From: Lachnospiraceae bacterium
GTDB lineage: Bacteria; Bacillota; Clostridia; Lachnospirales; Lachnospiraceae
Direction: 5' to 3'
Assembly: GCA_045617405.1 (NCBI GenBank)
Contig: JAZLIL010000081.1
Coordinates: forward strand, 1-59,931
DNA: 59,931 nucleotides
The position numbers and the translations under genes are program-made. Under the pieces are notes generated by a model, which saw only the letters and a list, made by a program, of their open reading frames with translations, did not search any database and was not told the DNA's origin. Positions 11,040 to 19,490 of this stretch are shown piece by piece (within the stretch, counting starts at the first letter, position 1; every line of letters begins with the position of its first letter).

Positions 11040-12095
11040 ATGCAGATAATAAATGTAAATGCATCACAAAATTATGATGTTCGAATAGGAGCGGGGATAC
11101 TCACGGTGCCGGGAAATTTCCCGCTTAAGAATTTTTCGGACAGGACTGTCATGATCGCATCGGATGATTCAGTGGCAGGAATCTACGGAAAACAGCTTGA
11201 GACAATTCTTGCCGGGGCGGGAATCAGAACCCTGAAGTTTATATTCCCGCACGGAGAGCAGAGCAAGAATCTTACGACGTACAGCCGGCTTGTAGATGCG
11301 ATGTTTGCGGGTCGTATGACAAGAAGCGACCTGATAATCGCACTCGGAGGCGGAGTTGTCGGGGATATTGCGGGCTTTGCCGCTGCAACCTACCAGCGCG
11401 GTGTGGATTTTATCCAGATACCGACGACACTGCTCGCGGCTGTCGATTCGTCTGTCGGAGGAAAGACGGGCGTCGATCTTGAAGGCGGGAAGAACCAGAT
11501 TGGAGTGTTCCATCAGCCGATTGAGGTTATCTGTGATACGGATGCTTTGAAGACGCTCCCTGAAGCCGAGTATCGGAACGGAAGCGCTGAGGTCATCAAG
11601 TATGCGATGATCGGCAGCGAGAAGCTTTTCCTCGACATTGATGCTGTTCCGATTTCGGAGCAGTATGAGCACGTCATTGCAAAATGCGTGGCGATGAAGC
11701 GCGATTTTGTCGAGCAGGACGAGTTTGATCTTGGGGTCAGAATGCTTCTGAATTTCGGTCACACGATCGGACATGCCGTTGAAGTAGCCAGCCGTTTTTC
11801 CATCCCGCACGGAATGGCCGTAGCCATCGGAATGGCTGTTATGACAAAAGCGGCAGAGCAGATGGGACACTGTGAACGCGGTTCATATGAAGAGCTGGTC
11901 CTCATGTTGAAGCAGTACGGGCTGCCCTTTGAGTCGCCTTATCCGGCTGACCGCCTTGCAGACATCATGATGACGGACAAAAAGAGTCAGGGCAATCTTA
12001 TCACTCTGGTTGTACCCGAAAAAATAGGAAAATGCGCTCCACTCAAGATCTCAAAGACAGAAATTCCTTCATGGCTTAAGGCAGGAGGAATCTGA
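11040..12095 (+). CDS. aroB: 3-dehydroquinate synthase
   Basis: ATG 11040 follows AAGGAG. Motifs ...GGGVVGD..GF.AA.Y.RG..FIQIPTTLLA.VDSSVGGKT... and ...NFGHT.GHA.E. Confidence 0.9.
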   Translation: MQIINVNASQNYDVRIGAGILTVPGNFPLKNFSDRTVMIASDDSVAGIYGKQLETILAGAGIRTLKFIFPHGEQSKNLTTYSRLVDAMFAGRMTRSDLIIALGGGVVGDIAGFAAATYQRGVDFIQIPTTLLAAVDSSVGGKTGVDLEGGKNQIGVFHQPIEVICDTDALKTLPEAEYRNGSAEVIKYAMIGSEKLFLDIDAVPISEQYEHVIAKCVAMKRDFVEQDEFDLGVRMLLNFGHTIGHAVEVASRFSIPHGMAVAIGMAVMTKAAEQMGHCERGSYEELVLMLKQYGLPFESPYPADRLADIMMTDKKSQGNLITLVVPEKIGKCAPLKISKTEIPSWLKAGGI

Positions 12096-12224
12096 GCGGT
12101 TTTGAACCGATTCTGTGCCCCGGAGGCTCATCACGATAACCCGACGAAAACCGCCAAATGGTTTCCCCGGGGGCTGCATGAGCATCCGGGGTACAGCACG
12201 TTTTGGCACTGCCTGATTGTCCTG

Positions 12225-12932
12225 TTACATATTTTTACTGAAGGCTTTGAATTCCTTCATTGAACGGAGCCCGGTTTTTATGACGGAAAGAACGTTGATT
12301 GAGTTATTCCCGCCCGCGCGGGGCTTGAAGCTGATTTCTTCAAAGCAGATCTGTTCCCTGTAATATGAAAAGAATGCGGTCAGTGCGATGTTTGGAAGGA
12401 AGTAGTCTCCTGGAAGCCTGTCAATGTATTTTGCGACAAGGCATGTCTTCATAAGTCTGAAGGGTGCGTTTGCATCGGGAACTCTTATCTTGAAATAGTA
12501 GCGAAGCATCAGGCAGACAGTCTTTTCGACAAAGACTCGGGAAATTCCGTCGCCGCGTACAGTTCTGTTTCCGATGAGGGCATCAAAACGGAAGCGATTG
12601 TTCCAGAAAGCGTCGAATTCCTTCGGATCTGTCTGACCGTCGGAATCTGTCTGGAAAATGAAGTCGGCGCCGCATTTTATCGCATAATCGTAGAGAGCGA
12701 TAAGCTTTGGACCGTGAAGGTGATTGTCGTTTTCAAGAATCTCGAGTTTTGAAAACCCGGCGCCTATCAGGTCTTCAAGAATCTCGTGCGTCTTGTCGGT
12801 ACTTCCGTAATCAGCAACAACAAGGCGTGAATTGGCATCCTTTCCTTCAATGACGGGATACCATTCTCTGATTACTTTTTCAATGTTTGCCTGCTCGTTA
12901 TATGCCGGCATGACAAGAAACAGCACGTCCAT
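12225..12932 (-). CDS. Glycosyltransferase family 2
   Basis: The start ...VMPAYNE... and a DSDGQ (DxD-like) motif are typical of a GT-A fold. 235 aa. Confidence 0.8.
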   Translation of the reverse strand: MDVLFLVMPAYNEQANIEKVIREWYPVIEGKDANSRLVVADYGSTDKTHEILEDLIGAGFSKLEILENDNHLHGPKLIALYDYAIKCGADFIFQTDSDGQTDPKEFDAFWNNRFRFDALIGNRTVRGDGISRVFVEKTVCLMLRYYFKIRVPDANAPFRLMKTCLVAKYIDRLPGDYFLPNIALTAFFSYYREQICFEEISFKPRAGGNNSINVLSVIKTGLRSMKEFKAFSKNM

Positions 12933-12971
12933 TTCGAATTCTCCTTCCTTGCGGATTCTTAGGGAGGAGCC

Positions 12972-13084
12972 CTAAGCCTCCGGAGAGTATATGTCCTTTT
13001 CCATACGGCGCTTTACACTATTCATCTCACCCAAAGCCTTCGGGGAGTCTGCAGCTTTTCAGTACGTTACTTTACACTGTCCAT
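12972..13084. repeat. Diverged tandem duplication (~60-nt period, 2 copies) in the GT2/ABC divergent intergenic region
   Basis: 12972-13025 against 13032-13084 (AAGCCTYCGGRGAGT...TTTACACT.T.CAT), roughly 70 percent identity. The adjacent hairpin CTTAGGG-AGGAG-CCCTAAG lies at 12958-12976. Confidence 0.5.
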
Positions 13085-13292
13085 TCGGATACTACCACAG
13101 ATTTGAAGGAAACGCCACCCTCGAATACTTCAGGTAAAGAAACAGACGAGGGGAAGGCAACGTCGCAGCTTTTGCGGCATTTAAAATGCATGACGTCAAC
13201 TCGTATTTATTGCGTTTTTTCACAAAATGAGCTACAGTAATATTGTGACACTATGCTTGCGATTTCGTGAAGGATATGATCGGAGAAGAAAT

Positions 13293-14828
13293 ATGAAAAG
13301 ACATAAATCAACAAAATTGATACCTGTTTTCGTGATGGTGGCATTTCTCATGATGCTGCTCGCCGGATGCGGACGGGAACGGAAGAAGTTTGAGACATTC
13401 GATGATTTCAATACTACACCGGCAAAGGTCGGTGTGTATCTTGGAAGTACGGCAGAAGAGGCACTTTCAAAAGATTTTCCGCTAGTTGAACAGGTGTATA
13501 TCAATACTGTCGGAGATATGGTTTTAAATCTTACTCAGGGAAACATCGATTCATTCGTTATGGACTGTCCCACAATCAATTATCTGAAGCAGGAGTACCC
13601 CGAGATTTCGATTATAGATACGCCTGTTACAACATCCTTTTTTGCTGCGGCCCTTTCAAATTCCTTCGCACATTCAACAAAGGGTGAGCAGTTCAATGAA
13701 TTTATCAGGAAAATAAGGAGCGACGGGACAGCCGGGCAGATGCAGGATCTGTGGTTTGCCGGAGACAATGAAAATATTCGGGCGATTCCCTTTGAAGAGC
13801 TCCCGGACATAAACGGTGTGGTGAAGGTGGCGGCTGCTACCGAGAATCTTCCTTACGTAATGATTTCGAACAACAAAGTAACAGGCTATGAGATTGACCT
13901 CATCTACAGATTTTGCAAGGAGTACGGCTATGCTATGAAATGCGAAAGTCTTTCCTGGGGAGCAATGATGAACGGTACTACTGCCGGCGACTATGACATC
14001 GGTGTCGGCAACAACATGCTGAGCGATCAAAGAAAGGGAAACGTAATCTTTTCAGAGCCGGAAGGAAGCTACGATATTGTTTTTGCCGTTTATGCCGATG
14101 GAGAAGAAGCGAAAGAGAGCATTGATCTTGCAGCGCGCTTTAGAAGGACCGTTATTAATGAAGACCGTTGGCTGATGATTCTTGCCGGAATCGGAAAAAC
14201 CCTGATAATTACCATAGGTGCGGTTATTTGCGGCACGATTCTTGGATTTGCCTTGTTCATGCTCTGCAGGAAAAAGAATCGCTTCTGGTGCCGTTTTGCC
14301 GATTTTTACAGCTGGCTCATTGACGGATTTCCGATTGTCGTTCTTTTGATGTTCGGTTACTATATTGTTTTTGCAAACTTTGATATTAATGCTTTAGTGG
14401 TCTGTATAATGACTTTTTCACTCACATTTGCCTCGGGATTCCTCGGAATGCTTCGCTCCTCTGTGGGCTCGATTGATGAGGGACAGATGAAAGCTGCCCT
14501 TGGGTTAGGATTCCGCGAGCGCCGGGCCTTTTTCAGAATCATACTTCCTCAGGCAGTGTGTATCATGAAACCGGCGTATATATCGCTTATAGCGCAGACA
14601 CTGAAAGGCACTGCGATTGTCGGCTACATCACGGTCGAAGACCTGACACGCTCGGTTGATCTCATCAGAAGTATCACCTTTGACGCACTCTTCCCTATTA
14701 TCATTTCGGCGGTCATCTACTTCCTGCTGGCGTGGCTGCTCGGAGCACTCGTAAAGCCGTTGCTTGAGCTTTTCGACAAGAGACGGCGCTCACGGGTACA
14801 GATCAGAAAGGAGATCGGCGATGAATGA
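13293..14828 (+). CDS. Amino-acid ABC transporter, fused substrate-binding lipoprotein plus permease
   Basis: Start MKRHKSTKLIPVFVMVAFLMMLLAGCG is a lipoprotein signal with a lipobox. The SBP_bac_3-like domain is followed by a His/Glu/Gln/Arg-type permease with an EAA-like loop (...AALGLGFRERRAFFRIILPQA...). Confidence 0.85.
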   Translation: MKRHKSTKLIPVFVMVAFLMMLLAGCGRERKKFETFDDFNTTPAKVGVYLGSTAEEALSKDFPLVEQVYINTVGDMVLNLTQGNIDSFVMDCPTINYLKQEYPEISIIDTPVTTSFFAAALSNSFAHSTKGEQFNEFIRKIRSDGTAGQMQDLWFAGDNENIRAIPFEELPDINGVVKVAAATENLPYVMISNNKVTGYEIDLIYRFCKEYGYAMKCESLSWGAMMNGTTAGDYDIGVGNNMLSDQRKGNVIFSEPEGSYDIVFAVYADGEEAKESIDLAARFRRTVINEDRWLMILAGIGKTLIITIGAVICGTILGFALFMLCRKKNRFWCRFADFYSWLIDGFPIVVLLMFGYYIVFANFDINALVVCIMTFSLTFASGFLGMLRSSVGSIDEGQMKAALGLGFRERRAFFRIILPQAVCIMKPAYISLIAQTLKGTAIVGYITVEDLTRSVDLIRSITFDALFPIIISAVIYFLLAWLLGALVKPLLELFDKRRRSRVQIRKEIGDE

Positions 14829-15945
14829 TTCCATTTATATGAAGAGCGGAAACACATTTTTCAATTCCATCCGTCTTGAACATCTGAGTAAAAAGTTTGA
14901 CGGCTGCGAACCGTTAAAGGATGTCAATGTCACAATTAACCGCGGCGATGTAATAAGCGTTATCGGACCGTCGGGAACAGGAAAGTCAACTCTTCTTAAC
15001 TGCATTAATCTTCTCGATCCACCTACCGGCGGCCGGATTTTCCTTGATGACCGCGAGGTTACGAACAACGGAATCGAACCCGATGTTCTCAGACAGCACA
15101 TAGGAATGGTTTTCCAGTCCTTTAACCTGTTTGCAAACATGACGGTTATCGAGAATCTGATGATCGGGCCGGGACTTCTTCTCGGACGGGACAAAGACAC
15201 CTGCCGCAAGCGGGCCTTTGAGCTTCTTGAAAAGGTGGGGCTTTCGGAGAAAGCTTATTCCTATCCCGATGAACTTTCAGGAGGTCAGAAGCAGCGCGTT
15301 GCGATTGCAAGAGCCCTTGCCATGGATCCTGAGATGATTCTTTTTGATGAACCGACGAGTGCGCTTGATCCGACTATGGTTGATGAAGTTGAGAACGTTA
15401 TTTCAATGCTTGCAAAGACCGGAATTACAATGATGATTGTTACTCATGACATGCGTTTTGCAAAGAATGTTTCAAATCGTGTGTTCTATCTTGACGAGGG
15501 CGGCATCTACGAAGACGGAACTCCCAAGCAGATTTTTGAGTCGCCTAAGAGAGAGAAGACAAGAGAATTTATTCTTAGAGGCAAGATTTTGGAATATGAA
15601 GTACACGGAAAAGATTTTTCGCATGATAGTTTCTATGACAGCCTGACAAAATTTGCGTCGGTTCTTGATGTCTCACCCGAGAGCAAATTCAGGATGAATC
15701 TCCTTTTTGAAGAGCTTTTCCTGATTCAGATGTATCCTCTGTTTACTGATGAGGATTCGGCAAAGATTATGATTCTGCTTAATAGCGGTGAAATTGTGCT
15801 TAAGGTGTCAGTTAACCTCGAAGTTGCCGCGCGAATGAAAAAAAAGGATGACAAGGAGATTTCGATATCCATACTTAAGGGCATGTCAAAGAGCATAGAG
15901 GAGCATTTTGAAAATAATATCGCAACTTTTTCAATTGTAGTATAA
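14821..15945 (+). CDS. Amino-acid ABC transporter ATP-binding protein with a ~125-aa C-terminal extra domain
   Basis: ATG 14821 overlaps the upstream stop (ATGAATGA) and AAGGAG lies upstream. Walker A GPSGTGKST, signature LSGGQKQRVAIARAL, Walker B ILFDEPTSALD. The extra domain starts around aa 250. Confidence 0.9.
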   Translation: MNDSIYMKSGNTFFNSIRLEHLSKKFDGCEPLKDVNVTINRGDVISVIGPSGTGKSTLLNCINLLDPPTGGRIFLDDREVTNNGIEPDVLRQHIGMVFQSFNLFANMTVIENLMIGPGLLLGRDKDTCRKRAFELLEKVGLSEKAYSYPDELSGGQKQRVAIARALAMDPEMILFDEPTSALDPTMVDEVENVISMLAKTGITMMIVTHDMRFAKNVSNRVFYLDEGGIYEDGTPKQIFESPKREKTREFILRGKILEYEVHGKDFSHDSFYDSLTKFASVLDVSPESKFRMNLLFEELFLIQMYPLFTDEDSAKIMILLNSGEIVLKVSVNLEVAARMKKKDDKEISISILKGMSKSIEEHFENNIATFSIVV

Positions 15946-16013
15946 TTGACCTTGCGGCGCGCCGATTATGTGGGGACGTGGCTCCGGCCGTCACAGGAAA
16001 GAGGTAGAGGCAT

Positions 16014-17213
16014 ATGAGTGCAGTTGTGACCATAAAGAGGGGTGAAGGACGTTCACTGAAGGCGGGCGGACCCTGGATTTTTGACAACGAGATTGAATCG
16101 GTCATGGGAAGCTTTGAGAACGGAGACATCGTAATCGTGAAAGATTTTGACGGCTATGGACTCGGCCGCGGCTTCATAAACATGAATTCAAAGATTCGTG
16201 TACGCATGATGACGAGGGATGTCAATCGTGAGATTGATGAGGAATTCCTCCGTATGCGTGTCAGAAATGCGTGGGAGTACAGAAAGCGCACCGTTGACAC
16301 ATCGAGCTGCAGACTGATTTTCGGCGAGGCGGATTTTCTTCCCGGGCTCACCGTCGACAAATTTGCCGATGTCCTTGTTGTCGAGTCGCTGGCACTTGGC
16401 ATCGACCGGATGAAGAATGATATCATTCGTTGCCTTATTGAGGTTCTTTCCGGGGACGGTGTTCATATCCGCGGAGTTTACGAGCGAAGCGACGCAAAGG
16501 AACGCGAAAAGGAAGGTATGCAGCGCGTCAAGGGCTTCATTGGCGAAGAATTTGACACGGACGTCGAGATTGTCGAGAACGGTGTCAGGTACATCGTGGA
16601 TATAAAGGATGGCCAGAAAACAGGCTTTTTCCTTGATCAGAAGTACAACAGGGCAGCAGTCGGACGTTTGTGCAAGGGCGCAAAAGTCCTCGACTGTTTC
16701 ACTCATACAGGGTCGTTTGCGCTGAATGCGGGAATTTGCGGAGCAGCAGAGGTCACAGGCGTTGACATCAGCGAGTCTGGCGTAAAGCAGGCCCGCCTGA
16801 ATGCTGAGTTGAACGGGCTTTCAGACAGAGTGAATTTTCTATGCGCCGATGTCTTTGATGTACTTACACAGAAGTCGGCAGCAGGTGAACTCTACGATGT
16901 TGTAATCCTTGATCCACCTGCTTTTACAAAGTCACGTGAATCTGTCAAAAATGCCACGAAAGGCTACTACGAGATTAACCTGAAGGGTCTCGGACTTGTA
17001 AAGGATGGCGGATATCTTGCTACCTGCTCCTGCTCTCACTTCATGAGCTACGAGCTCTTTACCGGGACTATTGGGCGTGCGGCACGTGCGGCACACAAGC
17101 GTCTGCGTCAGGTGGAATTTCGCACACAGGCTCCGGATCACCCTATTCTCTGGTCTTCGGACGCATCCTACTATCTGAAGTTCTATATCTTCCAGGTGGT
17201 GAATGAGAAGTAG
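16014..17213 (+). CDS. rlmI: Class I SAM-dependent rRNA (cytosine-C5) methyltransferase, RlmI/YwbD-like (PUA plus methyltransferase)
   Basis: N-terminal PUA-like region (...GGPWIFDNEI...), ...KTGFFLDQK..., and an ...VILDPPAF... SAM-methyltransferase motif. Confidence 0.8.
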   Translation: MSAVVTIKRGEGRSLKAGGPWIFDNEIESVMGSFENGDIVIVKDFDGYGLGRGFINMNSKIRVRMMTRDVNREIDEEFLRMRVRNAWEYRKRTVDTSSCRLIFGEADFLPGLTVDKFADVLVVESLALGIDRMKNDIIRCLIEVLSGDGVHIRGVYERSDAKEREKEGMQRVKGFIGEEFDTDVEIVENGVRYIVDIKDGQKTGFFLDQKYNRAAVGRLCKGAKVLDCFTHTGSFALNAGICGAAEVTGVDISESGVKQARLNAELNGLSDRVNFLCADVFDVLTQKSAAGELYDVVILDPPAFTKSRESVKNATKGYYEINLKGLGLVKDGGYLATCSCSHFMSYELFTGTIGRAARAAHKRLRQVEFRTQAPDHPILWSSDASYYLKFYIFQVVNEK

Positions 17214-17230
17214 GGAAAATGTAAGTCAAA

Positions 17231-17375
17231 GTTATTTGTAATGCGTATAGCTGCTTGCTCAAGCCAGGGTTATTTGTAATCCGTATAGCTGCTTGCTCAA
17301 GCCAGGTTTTTTGCAATCCGTGTAGCTGCTTGCTCATGCCAGGGTTATTTGTAATGCGTCGCTGCTTGCGCATAT
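17231..17375 (+). repeat. Spacer-less tandem array of a 38-nt unit (~3.8 copies), related to the core of the structured repeat family
   Basis: Units start at 17231, 17269, 17307 and 17344: GTTATTTGTAATSCGTATAGCTGCTTGCTCAAGCCAGG. About 80 percent identical to the reverse complement of the core (GTTATTCGCAATCCGCTTCGCTACTTGCTCA). Confidence 0.85.
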
Positions 17376-17418
17376 AACAACAGGCCCTTATGCACCGCGC
17401 ATAAGGGCCTGTTGTTAT
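17374..17418. terminator. Bidirectional terminator hairpin between rlmI and cheY
   Basis: ATAACAACAGGCCCTTATGC-ACCGC-GCATAAGGGCCTGTTGTTAT, a 20-bp stem. A T-run lies a few nt downstream on the + side. Confidence 0.7.
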
Positions 17419-17434
17419 AATCACAGAATCTTTT

Positions 17435-17794
17435 TTATTTCGTGCCAACTTTCCTGATCGAATCGAGAAGCCGCTCTGCGTTGTAGGGTTTAACGATGAA
17501 ATCACGGGCACCGCTCTGAACGGCATCGACGATGTAATCCTGCTGCCCCATACTGGAGCACACGATGGCCTTCATCTGAGGGTCATAGGCTTTAATCATT
17601 TTCAGAGAATCAATTCCGTTGCAATCGGGCATTGTGATGTCCATGAGAACGAGGTCGGGTTTGTAGAGCTTGTACTCTTCAAGTGCTTTGAAGCCGTTGG
17701 ACGCTTCTGCAACAACCGTGTGACCGCCTTCCTCGACAATCTTGCGAAGAGCCAGTCTTGCGAATGCAGCATCATCTACAATGAGAATATTCAT
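17435..17794 (-). CDS. cheY: Single-domain CheY-like response regulator
   Basis: ATG 17794 follows GGAGGTG. MNILIVDD..., phospho-acceptor ...LVLMDITMP..., and ...KP.. at the end. 119 aa with no output domain. Confidence 0.85.
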   Translation of the reverse strand: MNILIVDDAAFARLALRKIVEEGGHTVVAEASNGFKALEEYKLYKPDLVLMDITMPDCNGIDSLKMIKAYDPQMKAIVCSSMGQQDYIVDAVQSGARDFIVKPYNAERLLDSIRKVGTK

Positions 17795-17821
17795 GGGCAC
17801 CTCCATATCAAAAACGATTAT

Positions 17822-18541
17822 TTAAAGCAGATTTGTTACGGTCCCTACCGATACGTAATTGTTGCAAATTGCATGGAGATCGGTTCCTTCGGGAGCCTCA
17901 AAGCTTCGCCTTGTCCGAATGGTAAAGATCCGGTGACCGTCATTTTCGGGCGTGAGCTCGAATTTGTCTTGATAGAAGTTCACGGCAGCGAGGGTACGGT
18001 CATACAGAATGCCTTTACATTCGGAAATGTGGCAGTCAGGGAAGTTAATGTTCCAGATTTTTCCGGGAGGGAGAGGCTTATCCATGTGCTCGACAAGCAT
18101 CTCTTCGAGGTAGCGGTCTGTGGTTTCGCGAAGTCCGTTGAAGGGCTGCGAAAACGCGATGGCGGGAATTCCTCTGAAGGCTGCCTCAAAAGCGGCACCG
18201 ACTGTACCGGAGTACTGGATGTCGGCTGCAATATTGAAACCGTTGTTGATGCCGGAAAGGCACAAATCGGGCTTGTGACCGATCAGCTCAATCCCGACGC
18301 GGACGCAGTCAGCAGGGAAACTGTTGATGTAGTAGGCATGAGCACCTTCGATGTAGTTGGGAACCTCGTAAACATCAATCGGAATACCGAGTGAAATGCA
18401 GTGGGATTTGGCACTCTGCTGTTTCTCGGGGGCAACGATGTAGAGATCACCATACTTATTTGCGACCTCTGCAAGTGTCCGCAGCCCCTCGGATTTGATG
18501 CCGTCATCGTTAACAAGTAAGATTGTTTTCCTGTTTTTCAT
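17822..18541 (-). CDS. surE: 5'/3'-nucleotidase SurE
   Basis: ILLVNDDGI... N-terminal motif, ...GINNGFN...YSGTVGAA.E..., 239 aa. Confidence 0.9.
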   Translation of the reverse strand: MKNRKTILLVNDDGIKSEGLRTLAEVANKYGDLYIVAPEKQQSAKSHCISLGIPIDVYEVPNYIEGAHAYYINSFPADCVRVGIELIGHKPDLCLSGINNGFNIAADIQYSGTVGAAFEAAFRGIPAIAFSQPFNGLRETTDRYLEEMLVEHMDKPLPPGKIWNINFPDCHISECKGILYDRTLAAVNFYQDKFELTPENDGHRIFTIRTRRSFEAPEGTDLHAICNNYVSVGTVTNLL

Positions 18542-18657
18542 TAGCTACCTCCACACATACACACACAATAATAATAACTCATGGATTCTTGAATTTCAAG
18601 GTTTCATTGGCAGAATGAATGTGCTAAAATTGCAGTAGTTTAAACGGAAAGTACAGG

Positions 18658-19479
18658 ATGAAAATGATGAGTTTCAGGTTAATAGCTTTTGATATGGATG
18701 GAACACTTCTTGATTCAAAGAAGTGCATTTCCGGGAAGGTACTTGAGGCAATGGATCGTGCCGCAGGCGAGGGCAGATTGATAGCGCTTTCAACGGGACG
18801 CAGCCTTGCAGAGCTTGTGGACTATCTGCCGGTTTTGAAACAGGTCCGCTATCTCAGCTGTGTTTCGGGCGGGTATGTGTATGACTGCTTTGAGAAGCGC
18901 TTTATTTGCAAGAGTGTAATGAGCGACGATATTATCCATCGGCTTTTTGAGGTATCAAAGCTTGAAGACACTATGATTCAGATGCAGACCGAGGGTACAA
19001 TCCTGAATCGGCACAAGGTCGAAATCATGGAGCATTTTCAGATTGCTGTATATAAAGAGATGTTTAAGAAGGTCGGGACTCTCGTTGATGATGAGTTCGA
19101 CTATTATGACAGGGAGCATCCCGGAGTGGTGAAGCTGAATATCTACCACACCGATTCTGAGGCAAGGGAGCGCACCAAGGCACGGCTTTCCGACCTTGAC
19201 ACGGAACAGGTCTACTCCGAGGTCACTTCGCTTGAGTTTACGAATCGCGGTGTCTCGAAGGGCTCAGGCCTTGTGAATCTTTGCAGGAACATCGGCCTCG
19301 ACCCCGCGCAGGCAATCTGTGTCGGTGATGGGGAAAATGATATTCCGGCATTAAAGGCAGCCGGCCTCGGGATAGCAATGGGAAATGCCTCCGAGAAGGT
19401 AAAATCAAGTGCCGGAGCGGTGGTTTCCGACAATGATCATGACGGCTGTGCCGAGGCAATCCTGAAGTATCTTCTTTGA
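18658..19479 (+). CDS. Cof-type HAD-IIB family hydrolase (sugar phosphatase)
   Basis: FDMDGTLL motif I, ...STGR..., and ...GDGENDIPALKAAGLGIAMGNA... motifs III/IV. Confidence 0.85.
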   Translation: MKMMSFRLIAFDMDGTLLDSKKCISGKVLEAMDRAAGEGRLIALSTGRSLAELVDYLPVLKQVRYLSCVSGGYVYDCFEKRFICKSVMSDDIIHRLFEVSKLEDTMIQMQTEGTILNRHKVEIMEHFQIAVYKEMFKKVGTLVDDEFDYYDREHPGVVKLNIYHTDSEARERTKARLSDLDTEQVYSEVTSLEFTNRGVSKGSGLVNLCRNIGLDPAQAICVGDGENDIPALKAAGLGIAMGNASEKVKSSAGAVVSDNDHDGCAEAILKYLL

Positions 19480-19490
19480 TTGGAAGCTGA

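Noticed and set aside
17231-17375. Possible CRISPR array, given the 38-nt repeat length.
   Set aside because: The units are directly adjacent with no spacers. There are only ~4 of them, they are diverged, and no cas genes or leader are in the window. I treat it as a tandem repeat.
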